DNA of 64,000 bases, taken from Balamuthia mandrillaris (Eukaryota). The notes beneath the pieces were generated by a model. That model did not search any database and was not told where the DNA came from. It worked only from the letters and a program-made list of their open reading frames with translations. The position numbers and the translations under genes were made by a program. Positions 11,341 to 22,243 of this stretch are shown piece after piece (the first letter of the stretch is position 1; each line of letters opens with the position of its first letter). Location of the stretch: NCBI GenBank assembly GCA_031835245.2, contig JAVKOQ020000101.1, positions 62,001 to 126,000 on the forward strand. The letters are read 5' to 3'.

Positions 11341-12774
11341 ATGAAGAGCATTGCTGCACTGTTGGTGTTGGCGTTGCTGGCTACGGCTGGCTTGGCCAAG
11401 CCTCTCAAGAGAATGGGAGGCGACGTGAAGTACGGAGGAGGAGATGTCTCCTACGACGGTGACGATGTTACCTACGACGGAGGCGACGTCTCTTACGACG
11501 GTGGAGATGTGTCTTACGATGGTGGAGATGTTTCCTACGACGGCGGTGATGTGTCTTACGATGGAGGAGATGTTGCCTATGACGGCGGTGATGTTGTCAC
11601 CTATGACGGCGGCGATGTGTCTTACGATGGTGGTGATGTTTCCTACGACGGAGGAGATGTCTCTTACGATGGAGGAGATGTTTCTTACGATGGTGGTGAT
11701 GTTGCCTACGATGGTGAGGACGTTGCTTACGATGGTGGTGATGTTTCCTACGATGGAGGAGACGTGACCTACGATGGCGGTGATGTTTCTTACGATGGTG
11801 GTGATGTTTCCTACGACGGTGGTGATGTGTCCTACGACGGAGGAGATGTTTCCTACGATGGTGGTGACGTCGCTTACGATGGTGGTGATGTGACTTACGA
11901 TGGTGGTGATGTCTCTTACGATGGTGGCGACGTTTCCTACGACGGCGGTGACGTCTCCTACGATGGAGGTGATGTGTCCTACGATGGTGGTGACATCTCG
12001 TACGACGGTGGCGACGTGACCTACGATGGTGGTGATGTCTCCTACGACGGTGGTGATGATGTTGTCTACGGTGGCGGCGATGTCACCTATGACGGCGAGG
12101 ATGTTACTTACGATGGTGGTGATGTCTCTTACGATGGAGGAGATGTCTCCTACGATGGTGGTGACGTCTCTTACGATGGCGGTGATGTCTCCTACGACGG
12201 TGGCGATGTCGCTTACGATGGTGGAGATGTGGCCTACGACGGTGGCGATGTGTCCTACGATGGCGGTGATGTTTCCTACGACGGTGGTGATGTCGCTTAC
12301 GATGGAGGTGATGTGACCTACGACGGAGGTGACGTTTCCTACGACGGTGGTGACGACGTTGCCTACGGTGGCGGTGATGTCTCCTATGACGGTGAGGACG
12401 TGACTTATGACGGTGGGGATGTTTCCTATGACGGAGGAGATGTCGCCTACGACGGAGGTGATGTGTCTTACGACGGAGGCGACGTTGCCTACGATGGTGG
12501 TGATGTCTCTTACGATGGAGAAGACGTTGCTTACGATGGTGGTGATGTGTCTTACGATGGCGGAGACGTTGCTTATGACGGTGGTGACATCGCCTACGAT
12601 GGCTCTGACGTTGCCTACGACGGCGGCGATATCGCCTACGACGGAGGGGACGTTGAATACGGAGGCGGTGATGTTGCCTACGATGGCACTGCCTACGAGG
12701 GCGGCAGCGACGTGGTTGCTTACAACACCGGAGACGACTCTGCTGCTGCCTCCGCTCGCGCCTTCTGGTTCTAA
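11341..12774 (+). CDS. Secreted Asp/Gly/Tyr-rich protein made of about 60 YDGGDV[S/A/T] heptad repeats
   Basis: Signal peptide MKSIAALLVLALLATAGLA, dibasic KR, then an uninterrupted 21-bp repeat array in which third codon positions vary while the amino acids are conserved. Confidence 0.85.
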   Translation: MKSIAALLVLALLATAGLAKPLKRMGGDVKYGGGDVSYDGDDVTYDGGDVSYDGGDVSYDGGDVSYDGGDVSYDGGDVAYDGGDVVTYDGGDVSYDGGDVSYDGGDVSYDGGDVSYDGGDVAYDGEDVAYDGGDVSYDGGDVTYDGGDVSYDGGDVSYDGGDVSYDGGDVSYDGGDVAYDGGDVTYDGGDVSYDGGDVSYDGGDVSYDGGDVSYDGGDISYDGGDVTYDGGDVSYDGGDDVVYGGGDVTYDGEDVTYDGGDVSYDGGDVSYDGGDVSYDGGDVSYDGGDVAYDGGDVAYDGGDVSYDGGDVSYDGGDVAYDGGDVTYDGGDVSYDGGDDVAYGGGDVSYDGEDVTYDGGDVSYDGGDVAYDGGDVSYDGGDVAYDGGDVSYDGEDVAYDGGDVSYDGGDVAYDGGDIAYDGSDVAYDGGDIAYDGGDVEYGGGDVAYDGTAYEGGSDVVAYNTGDDSAAASARAFWF

Positions 12775-13061
12775 GCAAGCAACGCCTGCTTGAAAAAGAA
12801 AGCGAAAGCAAACAAGCGAGAGAGAGAGCATTTTTGATCCTTTTTGTTTTGTTCTCTCCATTATTTTTTGTTGAACTTGTTTCACTTTCTTTTGTTTTGT
12901 TCTCGTGGGAGGATAGGCTTTTGGTTTTAGCTTTGTTTTTTTTTTCAAAAAACACTTTTTGTTTCAGAAGCACTCCTTCTTATGATGGAGAAACACCAAT
13001 AATATCATTTCTTTCTCCTAAACTCTCTCTTTCTTAAGTACATTATACGTGTTTGTGTCTT

Positions 13062-13618
13062 TCAGCTGAGAAGACATCTCTTCCTTTTCTCCGTCACCAT
13101 CTCTGCTGCCTCGTTGTTCGACCTCTTTATCTCTCGCACCAGCTGAAAAAAGCAAGCCTCCACATTCTCCCTCGTCTTGGCGCTCGTCTCGATCAAGGGG
13201 CATCCGAAGCTCTTGGCCAGTTGCACTCCTTCCTGGCTCCCCACTTTCTTTCCTTCTTCTCCATTTCCTGCTTCTTCAGCAGAATGAAGATCTATTTTAT
13301 TCCCAGCAATCGTCAGAGGAATATCATCCTTGTCTTTGATCCTAAGTATCTCTTCTCGAATGCTCGGCAATGCCTCAAAGCTCTTTCTGTCCACGATGGA
13401 GTAGACCAGAAGAAAGCCTTGCCCTTCTTTCAGGAACCGTTCTCGCAGAGCCTGATATTCGTCTTGCATTCCTCCTCATCAATGGTGAATCGCTTTCGGT
13501 AGGTGTCTTCGATGGTGGCGTCATAGTTGTAGAGAAACACGTTTTGAACGAGCTGAAGGCACAAGGAGGACTTGCCGACTGCACCTTCACCAACCACCAC
13601 TATCTTGTACTCTGCCAT
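13062..13618 (-). pseudogene. Ras-family GTPase disrupted by a frameshifting deletion of the G3 region
   Basis: [17 protein letters not shown]...[20 protein letters not shown] joins [18 protein letters not shown]...GNKID...ETSAK...CLLS out of frame. The xLxILDTAG segment is absent and there is no room for an intron. Confidence 0.8.
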
Positions 13619-13754
13619 TCTCTCTTTCTTCTTCTGCTTAGAATTTAATTCTTGCTTGGTGTTACCTCAACTGTCCTTTTCACCCAAGGCTCGAACGGCC
13701 TCAGGATGCCTTCTTCTTGAGCGGTCTGGCATTCCTACCCTCGGCCATACCAAG

Positions 13755-15000
13755 GAAGAAGGCCTGGCTGGTATCAACGTGGACAGAATGACAACAACGC
13801 CGTTTTGTTGGTTACCACCGTTTTGTAATCATTTCTGGTTCAAAGGAGAACAAAAGATAAGGTGAAGAGAATGACCAGCGTTTCTGTTTACTGACTTCCC
13901 TTCTTGAGCTTAGCAGCCAGCTCGGCTACGTGCTTGCCCTGAGCCCTGCCGCAGGCCTTCTCGTTCTCGCTGACTGGACGGCTGCCATCCGCGCCGGTGA
14001 TGTAGGTGGAGCCGTAGGGGCTGCCTCCCGTGATCTCCTCCATATTCCGCAGCTCGTTGCATGTGCAGGGCAAGCCCGCGTAGACCAAGCCCAGGTGCAG
14101 CAAGGGGACGATCAAGGAGAAGAGCGTCATCTCGTTGCCGCCGTGCTGAGAGGCAGTGCCCGTGAAGGCGCTGGCCACCTTGCCCACCAGGCCGTTGGTG
14201 GCCCAGAGGCCTCCCAGGGAGTCCAGGAAGGTCTTGAGCTGGGCGCTGACGGCGCCGAACCGAGTGCCACCGCCGATGATGAGGGCATCGGCCGTCGAAA
14301 GGATCTCAATCATTTTCTCGCGGTCGGAGTCGATGAAAGGCACGTTCTTCATGGCCTGCTTGGCTCCGGTGGCGCCCATCTTGTCCAGCACCTCGGGGGG
14401 CACGGTTTCGGAGACCTGATAGATCTCCACCTCCACGCCTTCCACCTGCCTGGCGCCCTCCGCGATGGCCCGGGCCATCACCCAGGCATGAGTGTAGAAA
14501 GAGTGGAACACAATCACCACTTTTACCATTTTGTTTGTATTGTTTGTTAGAGGAAAGTCTCAGTGAAGAGAGAGGGAGTGTGTGCTTAGGCCGTTTGTTG
14601 TCTTCACTTGCTAGTTAACAAAACTGGAAAAAAATGTATAAAAAGGTTGTTTAAGGAACCGCCGCCACAACCTTTTTTTGGGAATGAACTTAACCTCAAA
14701 GCACCTTCCCGGTCTGGCGCCAAGTCAGTGGTGGAAAAGGGTGCGGAAGCTTTTTTGTTCTTTGCGACCTCTCGAAAGCCAAGTCAGGTGTGGAAGGTTA
14801 TTGGGGGAGAGCAATCCTCCATTCGTCACTGTCTGCCTTCCTTTTTTTCTTCTCCCCGACGGCCTCCTCTCCGGTGTGGTCAGGGGCAAGCGGCACCGGA
14901 GGAAGTAAAGTTTGGGATGGGAAGGGAGAGGGAGGAGGGGGTGGAGGAGCTACAGAGGATCAGACACACAAGAACTCCTGGTATGATGGGATGTTCACCA
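13755..15000. repeat. Left arm of a ~1.3-kb inverted duplication (WrbA gene plus flanks); right arm ~25805-27137
   Basis: The 3' flank at 13760-13887 is the reverse complement of about 27005-27137. Upstream motifs (gaaccgccgccacaacctttttttgg, aagtcaggtgtggaagg) recur inverted at 26030-26230. Confidence 0.85.
13888..14529 (-). CDS. wrbA: NAD(P)H:quinone oxidoreductase type IV (WrbA flavodoxin-like), copy A
   Basis: Intronless 213 aa: TRFG, LGGLW, GKVASAFTGTASQHGGNE, GGSPYGS...GADGSRP. Confidence 0.92.
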   Translation of the reverse strand: MVKVVIVFHSFYTHAWVMARAIAEGARQVEGVEVEIYQVSETVPPEVLDKMGATGAKQAMKNVPFIDSDREKMIEILSTADALIIGGGTRFGAVSAQLKTFLDSLGGLWATNGLVGKVASAFTGTASQHGGNEMTLFSLIVPLLHLGLVYAGLPCTCNELRNMEEITGGSPYGSTYITGADGSRPVSENEKACGRAQGKHVAELAAKLKKGSQ

Positions 15001-15106
15001 CTACGGTTGGAGTTTTTAGGAAAACAAAAAGAAGAAAAATTTCCAAGAAATAAAACGTTTCTTTTTTCAGAAAAAAGGGAAGGTAACGCATCTGCTTACG
15101 AAACGG

Positions 15107-15250
15107 ATGGAGTTGCCGGTAGTCTCAGCTCTCTCTGCTGGTGCCTTCTGCTTGTTCCAGGACTTAGACCCAGAACTGGTTGTCTTGATCTTTTGGGACC
15201 TTATACAACAAGACACAGAGGAAGACGGGGCACTGCTAAAGAAGCGGAAG
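15107..15250 (+). pseudogene. 5' fragment (48 codons) of an F-box/Kelch gene split by the transposon
   Basis: ATG at 15107: MELPVVSALSAGAFCLFQDLDPELVVLIFWDLIQQDTEEDGALLKKRK. It ends in the TSD and continues in frame at 18943. Confidence 0.8.
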
Positions 15251-18200
15251 GGCGAATCGGGTAAACGTCCCACCCCACAACGCTAAAAGTCCCACCCCTT
15301 CGGTAAACGTCCCACCCCTCAGGTAATTTACCCACCCTAATATGTATTTATAACAACCTATTATTTTTGTGCTATTTTGCCACCAAAGCGTGCGCTGGCC
15401 ATTATTTTAGAGAGTGGAGAAAAGGGATCAGAAAAATCAAAAATTTATTTTTTAGGGGGCTTTTTTTTTTCGTTTTGTTCTTTTGGCCAGTCTTTTCTTT
15501 GTCACGCTGGGCACCTTTTCTTCGTTCTGTTCTTTTTTTTTGAGGAGAGAGGAGCTTCACGACCTGTGTTTTCTGGTACCGTGGGTTGGGCTTCAGTTGT
15601 CGTTTTGGAGAGAGAGGCTTCCTTTTGTCCACTCGGGGATCCTGGTAGTTCACCACGGGTGCGACGCCATAGATCTCTTCCGTTTTACAGTTCTTTTGCC
15701 ATTGAGAGGTACGCTTTGCTTTGCACTCTTCAAAAATGACAAACATCAACTTCAGAAAAAGAATCTGCTTGATACAAAAAGTGACAAACATACCACTTTG
15801 CGTTTTTGTTTTTTGATTTTGTTGTTTTTTTGGTGCAGCCGCCGCCACCGCCGCTGCCTTTTTCTTTGTTGTTTCAGGTTTTGTTAAATTTGATTGAAAT
15901 GTACGTTCGGTTTCTGGTGTTTGTGTGAGGTGTTAGCTAAAAGTAGGAAAGGAGGGAGAGATTTTGTTTAAAAAAAAGAGATACTAACTTAATTCAAGCA
16001 AACATTCTTCTGTGAGTCGCAGGTTGGTTGCTACTTTCGGCCTCTTTGTTGTTTTGCGCGGCCTCCCAGGTGATGACTTCCCTGTAGCATATGCGATTGC
16101 TTGTTCTGCTTCTTCCTTGCTAGAGTACTCGATTTTTGGCTCCACTGGATGTTGATGCTTTGTTCCTTGATTTTTGTTTGCATTCAGTTTGTCTTTCTCC
16201 TTTTCCTTCTCCTCCTCCTCCTTCTCCTCCTTCTCCTCCTTCTCTTCTTTCTTATTGTTGTGTTCTTGTCCTTCAGAAGTTTCTTCCTCAAGATCTCCGC
16301 CGTCGTCCTCACCAAGTTCATCCATCGATGGCTCCTCCAACAGTAGCAGCGCCTGCTGTTCCTCGTCCTGTTCATCTCCCTCCTCTCCTTCCACATCTTC
16401 ATCATCAAGGGTAACAGGCGCTACACGTTGCGCCAGGGAGTCAGTATCATCTGCTTCAACGATGTCATCTTCAACTATTCTTGCCACTTGTGAGGTGCTG
16501 CTGTTGGTGCGTCTTGTTTGTCTTTTCAGCCCAAGCTCTAAAAGGTTCTGATCTGAAAATGTTTTCTGTAGATGAGCAGCAAGTCCAAAAACGTGTTTGC
16601 ACCTCCTACCATAATACCGAAAGTAAGGACAGGGGCATGAAGGCAATTCTATAGTCACGTCGTACTCATTCCATTTGAAAACGCCGTCAGCAAGCTCTAC
16701 AAAATGTGCGTTCAATCCTTCTTCTACCTCTTTTTCCTCTCTGTCGTTGTTGTTGTCATCGTTTTTGCTGCCATTCTCTATTTCTTATTTTTCTTTCTGT
16801 TTCTCACTCTGTTGGTGCTGTGCCAGCCGCAATCCCTCTTGATATCTCCTCCAAAGCCGGCAAACACCAAGGCTTGGGCGTTGCTGTAGTACATCGATGC
16901 GGTTGAGCTCCACATTGTAGCGGCGAAACACATTGTCTGCTAGCGTTAAGACCAAGTTGTGATCCCCTTTGGTGCCTTTGCAGTGGAAATCACGAAGAAT
17001 GCTACGAAAGATCGGCTCTGTTGCATTGTTGGTATTCCACAAGCCCTCTCGGTACCCAGGACGATCAATGCTTTTCCACGTTGATGCCCATGGAGGAGAA
17101 AGCCAGTTCTTGTCAAAGTACTGCCAAAAACGGGTAATCCTCTTTTTTTGGCAATAGTTCTTCAACACTTTTGTTGGTTCTTCCTCTGCATCTTCTGTCA
17201 TGGCATGTTGCAGTCTTTTTAACAAACCCAATACACTTCCATCATCCTTCCCTTGTTGTTTGGTATTATTGTTAGTTTCTACTTGTATGAGCAACAACGA
17301 GAGGGAGAGAGCAGATGCATGAAAGAGAGAGAACAAACCATACTGCGCAACTTTTTTTCTCCACAGTTGTTGTGCATGAAAGTCACACAACACCACCTGA
17401 AAGCCAGCACTTGTCGCCCCGTTACGCTCCACCTTGTCTTTGTCGATCATTACGAAGGGTTGCCACGTAGGTTTTGGGGAGTAGATCGTTGTCGTCTGTG
17501 TCTCAAAAAAGTGACGAACAGACGAAAGGAAAAAGCGCACAACTGCTGCTCGTTCCTTGCTAGCAACAGCGAAGGCAACAGGCCAGCTCCGTCCCAAGTC
17601 ATCTTGCACCACCAGTGCCCAAACGGGGGGATGTGACTTGGATAGCTTGTAGATGCTGTCCAGGCCGACTACATCCTTACCCCATCGCTGAAGCACAGTG
17701 ACTGCATAAGGCGCGATCAGAAAAATCATCCATGGCCGACGGGCCGCCGTGCGATCAAGGATGTACGTTTCACGGCTCTCCAAAGGGGGGAAAAGGATAG
17801 TAGAAGCCAGTTCTGGCCGATTCAAGGCCTCTTGGAGGGCTTCTGCTCTGGTTTGCCCTTTCTTGCCGATTCGCAGTTTTTTCCTTCCGTTGTGGATTAC
17901 AGTGGCAATCTCCTGCACAGTGGGTACATCCCGAGCATCCTTGCCCAGCTCACAAGCGCCCCCCAGCAACATTCGTTGCAGCTCGTGCGCCGTCATTGCT
18001 CCTCCTCTCCCATTCATTCCGTCTTCTTTTGTTCCTTGCCCATCCATCTGGCGGAGCCACTGCCGAAGCGCAGGTGTCATAGCCGGAAGGGCGCAGGCAA
18101 AAAAACCCGTGTCCGTGGCTTGGGCCTTCGATAGATGTAGGTGTGCGCCAGTAGCTCATCTCTAAACACCACCCAACGGCTTTGTACTTCACAGTCCTTT

Positions 18201-18933
18201 AGTTTTTTGTTCTTCTTTCCTCTTGCAGGAGGAGCACAGGCAAAGCAGCCAGAGCAGTGAAGATTCTCGCTGAGTTCAACCTCAAGGACCCCATTCTTCA
18301 CCTTCTTGACTTTATGCCACCAATTTTCACTCAAGGGTGGTCCCGTGATTACGAAGGAATCACCCTGTTCGCTTTAAGCCCATTTGAGCTGATCCTCCCT
18401 CCATTGGGACTGATGTGCTGGCCTGGTTGATCTTCCACCCACAGGCCAACCGTGAAAAGCTGCTGTAATGGAAACCTTTCAAATCAAATCCAATCTGCAT
18501 CTGGCAATCGTTTTCTTCGCCCATAACAGAAAAAGGAAAACAAAGCCAAACAAACAAAAAAGGTGTGTGATGGTTGTGTGTAGCTGTTTCTAGTTGAAAG
18601 AAAAAATTTAAAGAAGAAGACCTTGTTACAACCCAAGAAAAAGTAACGGTAACGTTATTGAAAAAAAAAGGCGGGAACAAAAAGAAAAGTATGGCGGGCA
18701 AGAATGGTGAGAGGAATAACCGTTGACCAAGGATACAGCATGCTTTCAATTCCTGACAGTTTCTTTTACAAATCGCTATTCCTTCCTGCTACAAAGAGAA
18801 ACACAGCAGCAAACGCCCTACGGCAGAGTTAATTAAGCAATTCATGTCACCCCAATAGCCGGGACTCCTTTTACCCGAGGGTGGAATTTTACCGCGTGGG
18901 CTTCATGGTCGGGTGGGATATCTACCATTTTTC
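15251..18933 (-). mobile_element. Mutator-like (MULE) DNA transposon, ~3.7 kb
   Basis: Perfect 9-bp direct repeat AAGCGGAAG at 15242-15250 and 18934-18942. Imperfect inverted ends built of GGTAnnnnTCCCACCC motifs. Internal MULE transposase. Confidence 0.9.
15402..18524 (-). CDS. MULE DDE transposase with SWIM zinc finger (multi-exon; N-terminus appears frameshifted)
   Basis: VGLDSIYKL (D1), PVAFAV, VMIDKD (D2), LCDFH (CxxH), TNNATE (E), SWIM CPCPYFRYYGRRCKH, AT-hook PGRPRK. Coding-like pieces at 18080-18524 lie in different frames. Confidence 0.82.
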
Positions 18934-18942
18934 AAGCGGAAG

Positions 18943-20550
18943 AGGCAAACGGCCGTTCGCTTGAGCGCTGTGTGCCGTCGCTTCCATCGGCTGATCCATC
19001 AAGACCCCGCGCTCCTTGGCTTGTGTCAGCGCTTCCGTCCGGAGAGTGGTTTCAAGCAAACCAGCATACCTGTTGGTGTTCCTGCCCAGCACCTTGTTGT
19101 CGCAGCCACAAACAAACAGATGATAAACGAGCACAAGCTCCTTGTTTTCGGCGGATCTAACAGATCTTCTACCGTGAGCTTCATTTCACTGGCTTCCACG
19201 CGCCAGGTTGAAGTGGTGGTGCACTTCCCGGACAAGGAAAAGCATTTGCTGGACATTACCACCGCCTCCAAGATTCTTCTCGCCTTGCTGCAAACCCTTC
19301 GTCTCAGCGCTATCGAAAACTACATCAACCCAACAAAAGGCCAACTCGTTGTGTTTGACGCCGCACCGGGGGAAGTCATTCAGCCAGGAGAACAAAGGGA
19401 GGCCTTCTTCAGCCACACCGGAGCGCCTTTCAAACTGTCACTCCAACGGGATCAGCCTGTTAAGACCCACGTTTACCCGCACTTCTGGTTGGTCGGTGTT
19501 CCAGTCCAGCTCGGGTGCCTGCCAGGCAAGGGCCACAAAGCCTCCGACCAAGTGATCGACACCCTGTTGAACAACGATGGCCAAAGGATCACCAACGCCA
19601 TTCCCAAGGAACTAGGCAGAGTCACACTGCAGACGAAAGTTTTGCCAGAGATAGGAGGTTCCATCATACATCACAGCCCACCTCCGTCTTCATGGTACGA
19701 GAGAGCGTTTGTTCCTCCATCTACAGGGGTTCGAGGATTGTGTTTGCTGGATGAGAGTGGAACACATGACCGCTTCTTTGTCTATGGAGGATATGGCCCG
19801 TACGGACAAGTCTTTTGTTGGAACGTGGAAGAAGCCCAGTGGGATCATAATTACCGCATCCCCGAAGCTCCCTCGCCTAAAGCGCAAAAGAGAAGAGAAT
19901 CTTCACAAGAGCAAGCAGCACCTACAAGCGGTTGGACGCCAGAATGTAGGGAGGGTCATTCCATGGTGGCGATAGCAGGGAGGTATTTGTGGATATTTGG
20001 AGGCAGAGACCGTCACTATGAGTTTCTAAACGACTTGGTGGTGTTTGATACGCGCACTTTGACGTGGAGAGAAGTGGAAGCCAAGAATCCTCCTTTAGCT
20101 CGTGCTTACCACACTGCCACCGTTTGGAAGGACAAGATTTTCGTGTTTGGCGGCGTTGGAAAAGAGGAAGAGAAGATGCTGAATGATGTGCATGTGTTTG
20201 ACACCAAGGATGAAGACGCGGGTTGGCAACGACTAGAGACCAGAGGACACTCCATCCCGAAGCCGCGCGCACACCATGCTGCTTCTATGTTGCACGGGTT
20301 CATGTTTGTGACGGGCGGCAAATGCCGCGGTGAACACAGCTTCCAGTCCTTTTCCGATTGTTTCGCTCTGGATCTGCAGAGCCGCGAGTGGATACAAATA
20401 CCCTCTCCCTTCAAGGACGGTATATTTGGGCATGACCAGGTGGTCATTGACGAGAGCATACACATAGTGGGAGGATTTCTGGACATCACCAGAAGAGGGC
20501 GTAATGTGTACAACACACAAACCATCGTGCTTCAGCCTAATTTTGAATAA
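18943..20550 (+). pseudogene. 3' part of the F-box/Kelch-repeat gene (open frame, separated from its ATG by the MULE)
   Basis: RQTAVRLSAVCRRFHRL is the second half of an F-box. Kelch repeats: REGHSM...IFGG, RAYHTA...VFGG, RAHHAA...VTGG, GHDQV...IVGG. Confidence 0.8.
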
Positions 20551-20616
20551 CACTACCGCTGGTGTGTCGTTCCTTTTGTTCTCCTTGAAAAAAAATGTGG
20601 TGCACTATCTTTCACA

Positions 20617-21342
20617 TCAACAAATGTTCTTCAGGAGTGGCCGCGTAAGCTCGGAGAGGCGTTGTCTCTGCGCTCCTACTTCATCAAAGTTTGACGGCTG
20701 CAACCAGGTTTCCAGTGCCTCGCTGATCATCGACCACTCCTTGTCTATCGCGGCATACCACGCCGTGTCCCTGTTGCGACCTTTGTAGACTGTGTGTTGG
20801 CGAAAGATGCCCTCGAAGGAGAGGCCGAGGCGCTGGGCGGCAGCCCGTGAGGGCGCGTTGAGAGCATCGCACTTCCACTCCAACCTCCTGTAGCCCAGGT
20901 CAAAGGCATGTCTCATCATCAGGTGGAAAGCCTCTGTGGCCAAAGTGGTGCGCTGCGCCAAAGGTGAGAAACGAACGTGGCCTATCTCGATGCCGCCTGC
21001 TGAAGGAGTTATCCGCAAGTAGCTGAGCAAGCCAACCGGTTTACCTTCTTGTTTGGAAGTATCCATTATGACGTAGAAGAGTGGATCAGAGGACCTGGCT
21101 TGCGCTTCCAGCCAGCCCATGTACTCTTGCAACGTCTCGAAAGGGCCGTAAGGGAGGTACGTCCAACCGGCTCCTGAAGTGTCCAGGGCGTTTGCGTCAA
21201 ACAGGGCTGGGCCATGGGTCTGTGCGTCCAATTTCTCCAGGCGGCAATACCGGCCTGTGAGCGTTGCCCCAGAAGGTACCGGTGGCGGCGACCATCCTGA
21301 CACGTCATAACTTACGGGCAGCCGACCTTCTTCTTGCTGCAT
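20617..21342 (-). CDS. GNAT acetyltransferase, RimJ/RimL-like, bacterial-type
   Basis: Intronless 241 aa: LTGRYCRLE, WTYLPYGPF, IEIGHV, LGYRRLEWKCDALNAPSRAAAQRLGLSFEGIFRQH...GRNRDTAWY. Confidence 0.88.
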   Translation of the reverse strand: MQQEEGRLPVSYDVSGWSPPPVPSGATLTGRYCRLEKLDAQTHGPALFDANALDTSGAGWTYLPYGPFETLQEYMGWLEAQARSSDPLFYVIMDTSKQEGKPVGLLSYLRITPSAGGIEIGHVRFSPLAQRTTLATEAFHLMMRHAFDLGYRRLEWKCDALNAPSRAAAQRLGLSFEGIFRQHTVYKGRNRDTAWYAAIDKEWSMISEALETWLQPSNFDEVGAQRQRLSELTRPLLKNIC

Positions 21343-21492
21343 CGTTACCTCTTCCTTCTCCTTTGTTTTTTTTTTAATCCTTCGGTTTTTTTTAAAGAAA
21401 AAAAAAATGTGTTGATAGGATCGACCAATTGGATATCAAAGAATGAACTCGATCTTCATGACGTCGTGAACGAGAGAAGAGAAATCAAACAA

Positions 21493-22025
21493 ATGGCCGA
21501 CAAGAAGAAGAAAGGCAGCAAGGAGCAGCCTGCCGTTGTGGTCCATCTGCCCCGTGAGCGCAAGTTTGCCATTAACTTCTCGGACGGAGGTACGTGTTGT
21601 TATCATCTTCAAGCAATGAATGGAGGGCCTACTCACATTTGTCGGAAAGAACAAGCTGTGCTTGAGTACTCGGAAGATAAGGACGGCGTCTTGGACTACT
21701 ACCATACCTTCACGCCGCCCAGCAAGAGGGGCCAAGGCATCGCTGCCAAACTAGCTACGGTATGTCATTTGCTTTCTTCCTCCCCCTCCTCCTCCTCGTC
21801 TTTTCTTCTACTTCTTTTTTCTTCTGTTTTTTTCTTCTTCTTGTTCTGCTTCTGCTTCTACTTCTGCTTCTGCTTCTTCTCCCTCACCGTTGTTATCGTT
21901 TTCTTTGGAAAAAGGCTGCGTTTGACTACGCGAAAGAGAACGATCGAAAGATGAGACCGTCGTGTTGGTACCTTCGTGACAACTTCCTGCCAGAACATCC
22001 TGAATACAAAGACAACGTCGTTTAA
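21493..22025 (+). CDS. Small GNAT-like acetyltransferase (NATD1/YjdJ family), 2 introns
   Basis: Spliced product includes AVLEY...DYYHTFTPPSKRGQGIAAKL...AAFDYAKEND...RPSCWY. Confidence 0.8.
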
Positions 22026-22243
22026 AGGCGTCTCTCCTCTCTCTTCCTTTGCTTCAACTTTTTTTTTGTTTATTTCAACTTGTTTCTTTCACTTTACACA
22101 CATACAGAACTTTACGCTTTCCCTTTTCGTTCTTGTTCTTCTTCTTCTTATTCTTCTTCTTTTTTCTTCGTCTTCTTCTTGTTCTTTCTTCTTTATTCGT
22201 TCTTTTTCTTGTTCTTCTTCCTCTTCTACTCTTTCTGTATATC

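Noticed and set aside
11420..12690. Regular 21-bp array as a possible CRISPR or DNA minisatellite
   Set aside because: No unique spacers; the pattern is explained by a peptide repeat.
11263..12948. 561-aa minus-strand ORF with VGDIT-like repeats
   Set aside because: Antisense shadow of the heptad gene. Codon variation is synonymous only in the + frame, which also carries the signal peptide.
14608..15264. 218-aa ORF sharing FKEPPPQPFFGNEL-like text with ORF 25675-26334
   Set aside because: The similarity comes from the duplicated WrbA upstream region. Indels break frame between the copies, and neither ORF starts with ATG.
15260..15340. Short direct repeats with spacers, CRISPR-like
   Set aside because: They are subterminal motifs of the MULE, mirrored at its other end; too few and too short, and no cas genes are present.
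18913..18942. GTG start of the 545-aa Kelch ORF in the ORF track
   Set aside because: It lies in the transposon end; the real ATG is at 15107.
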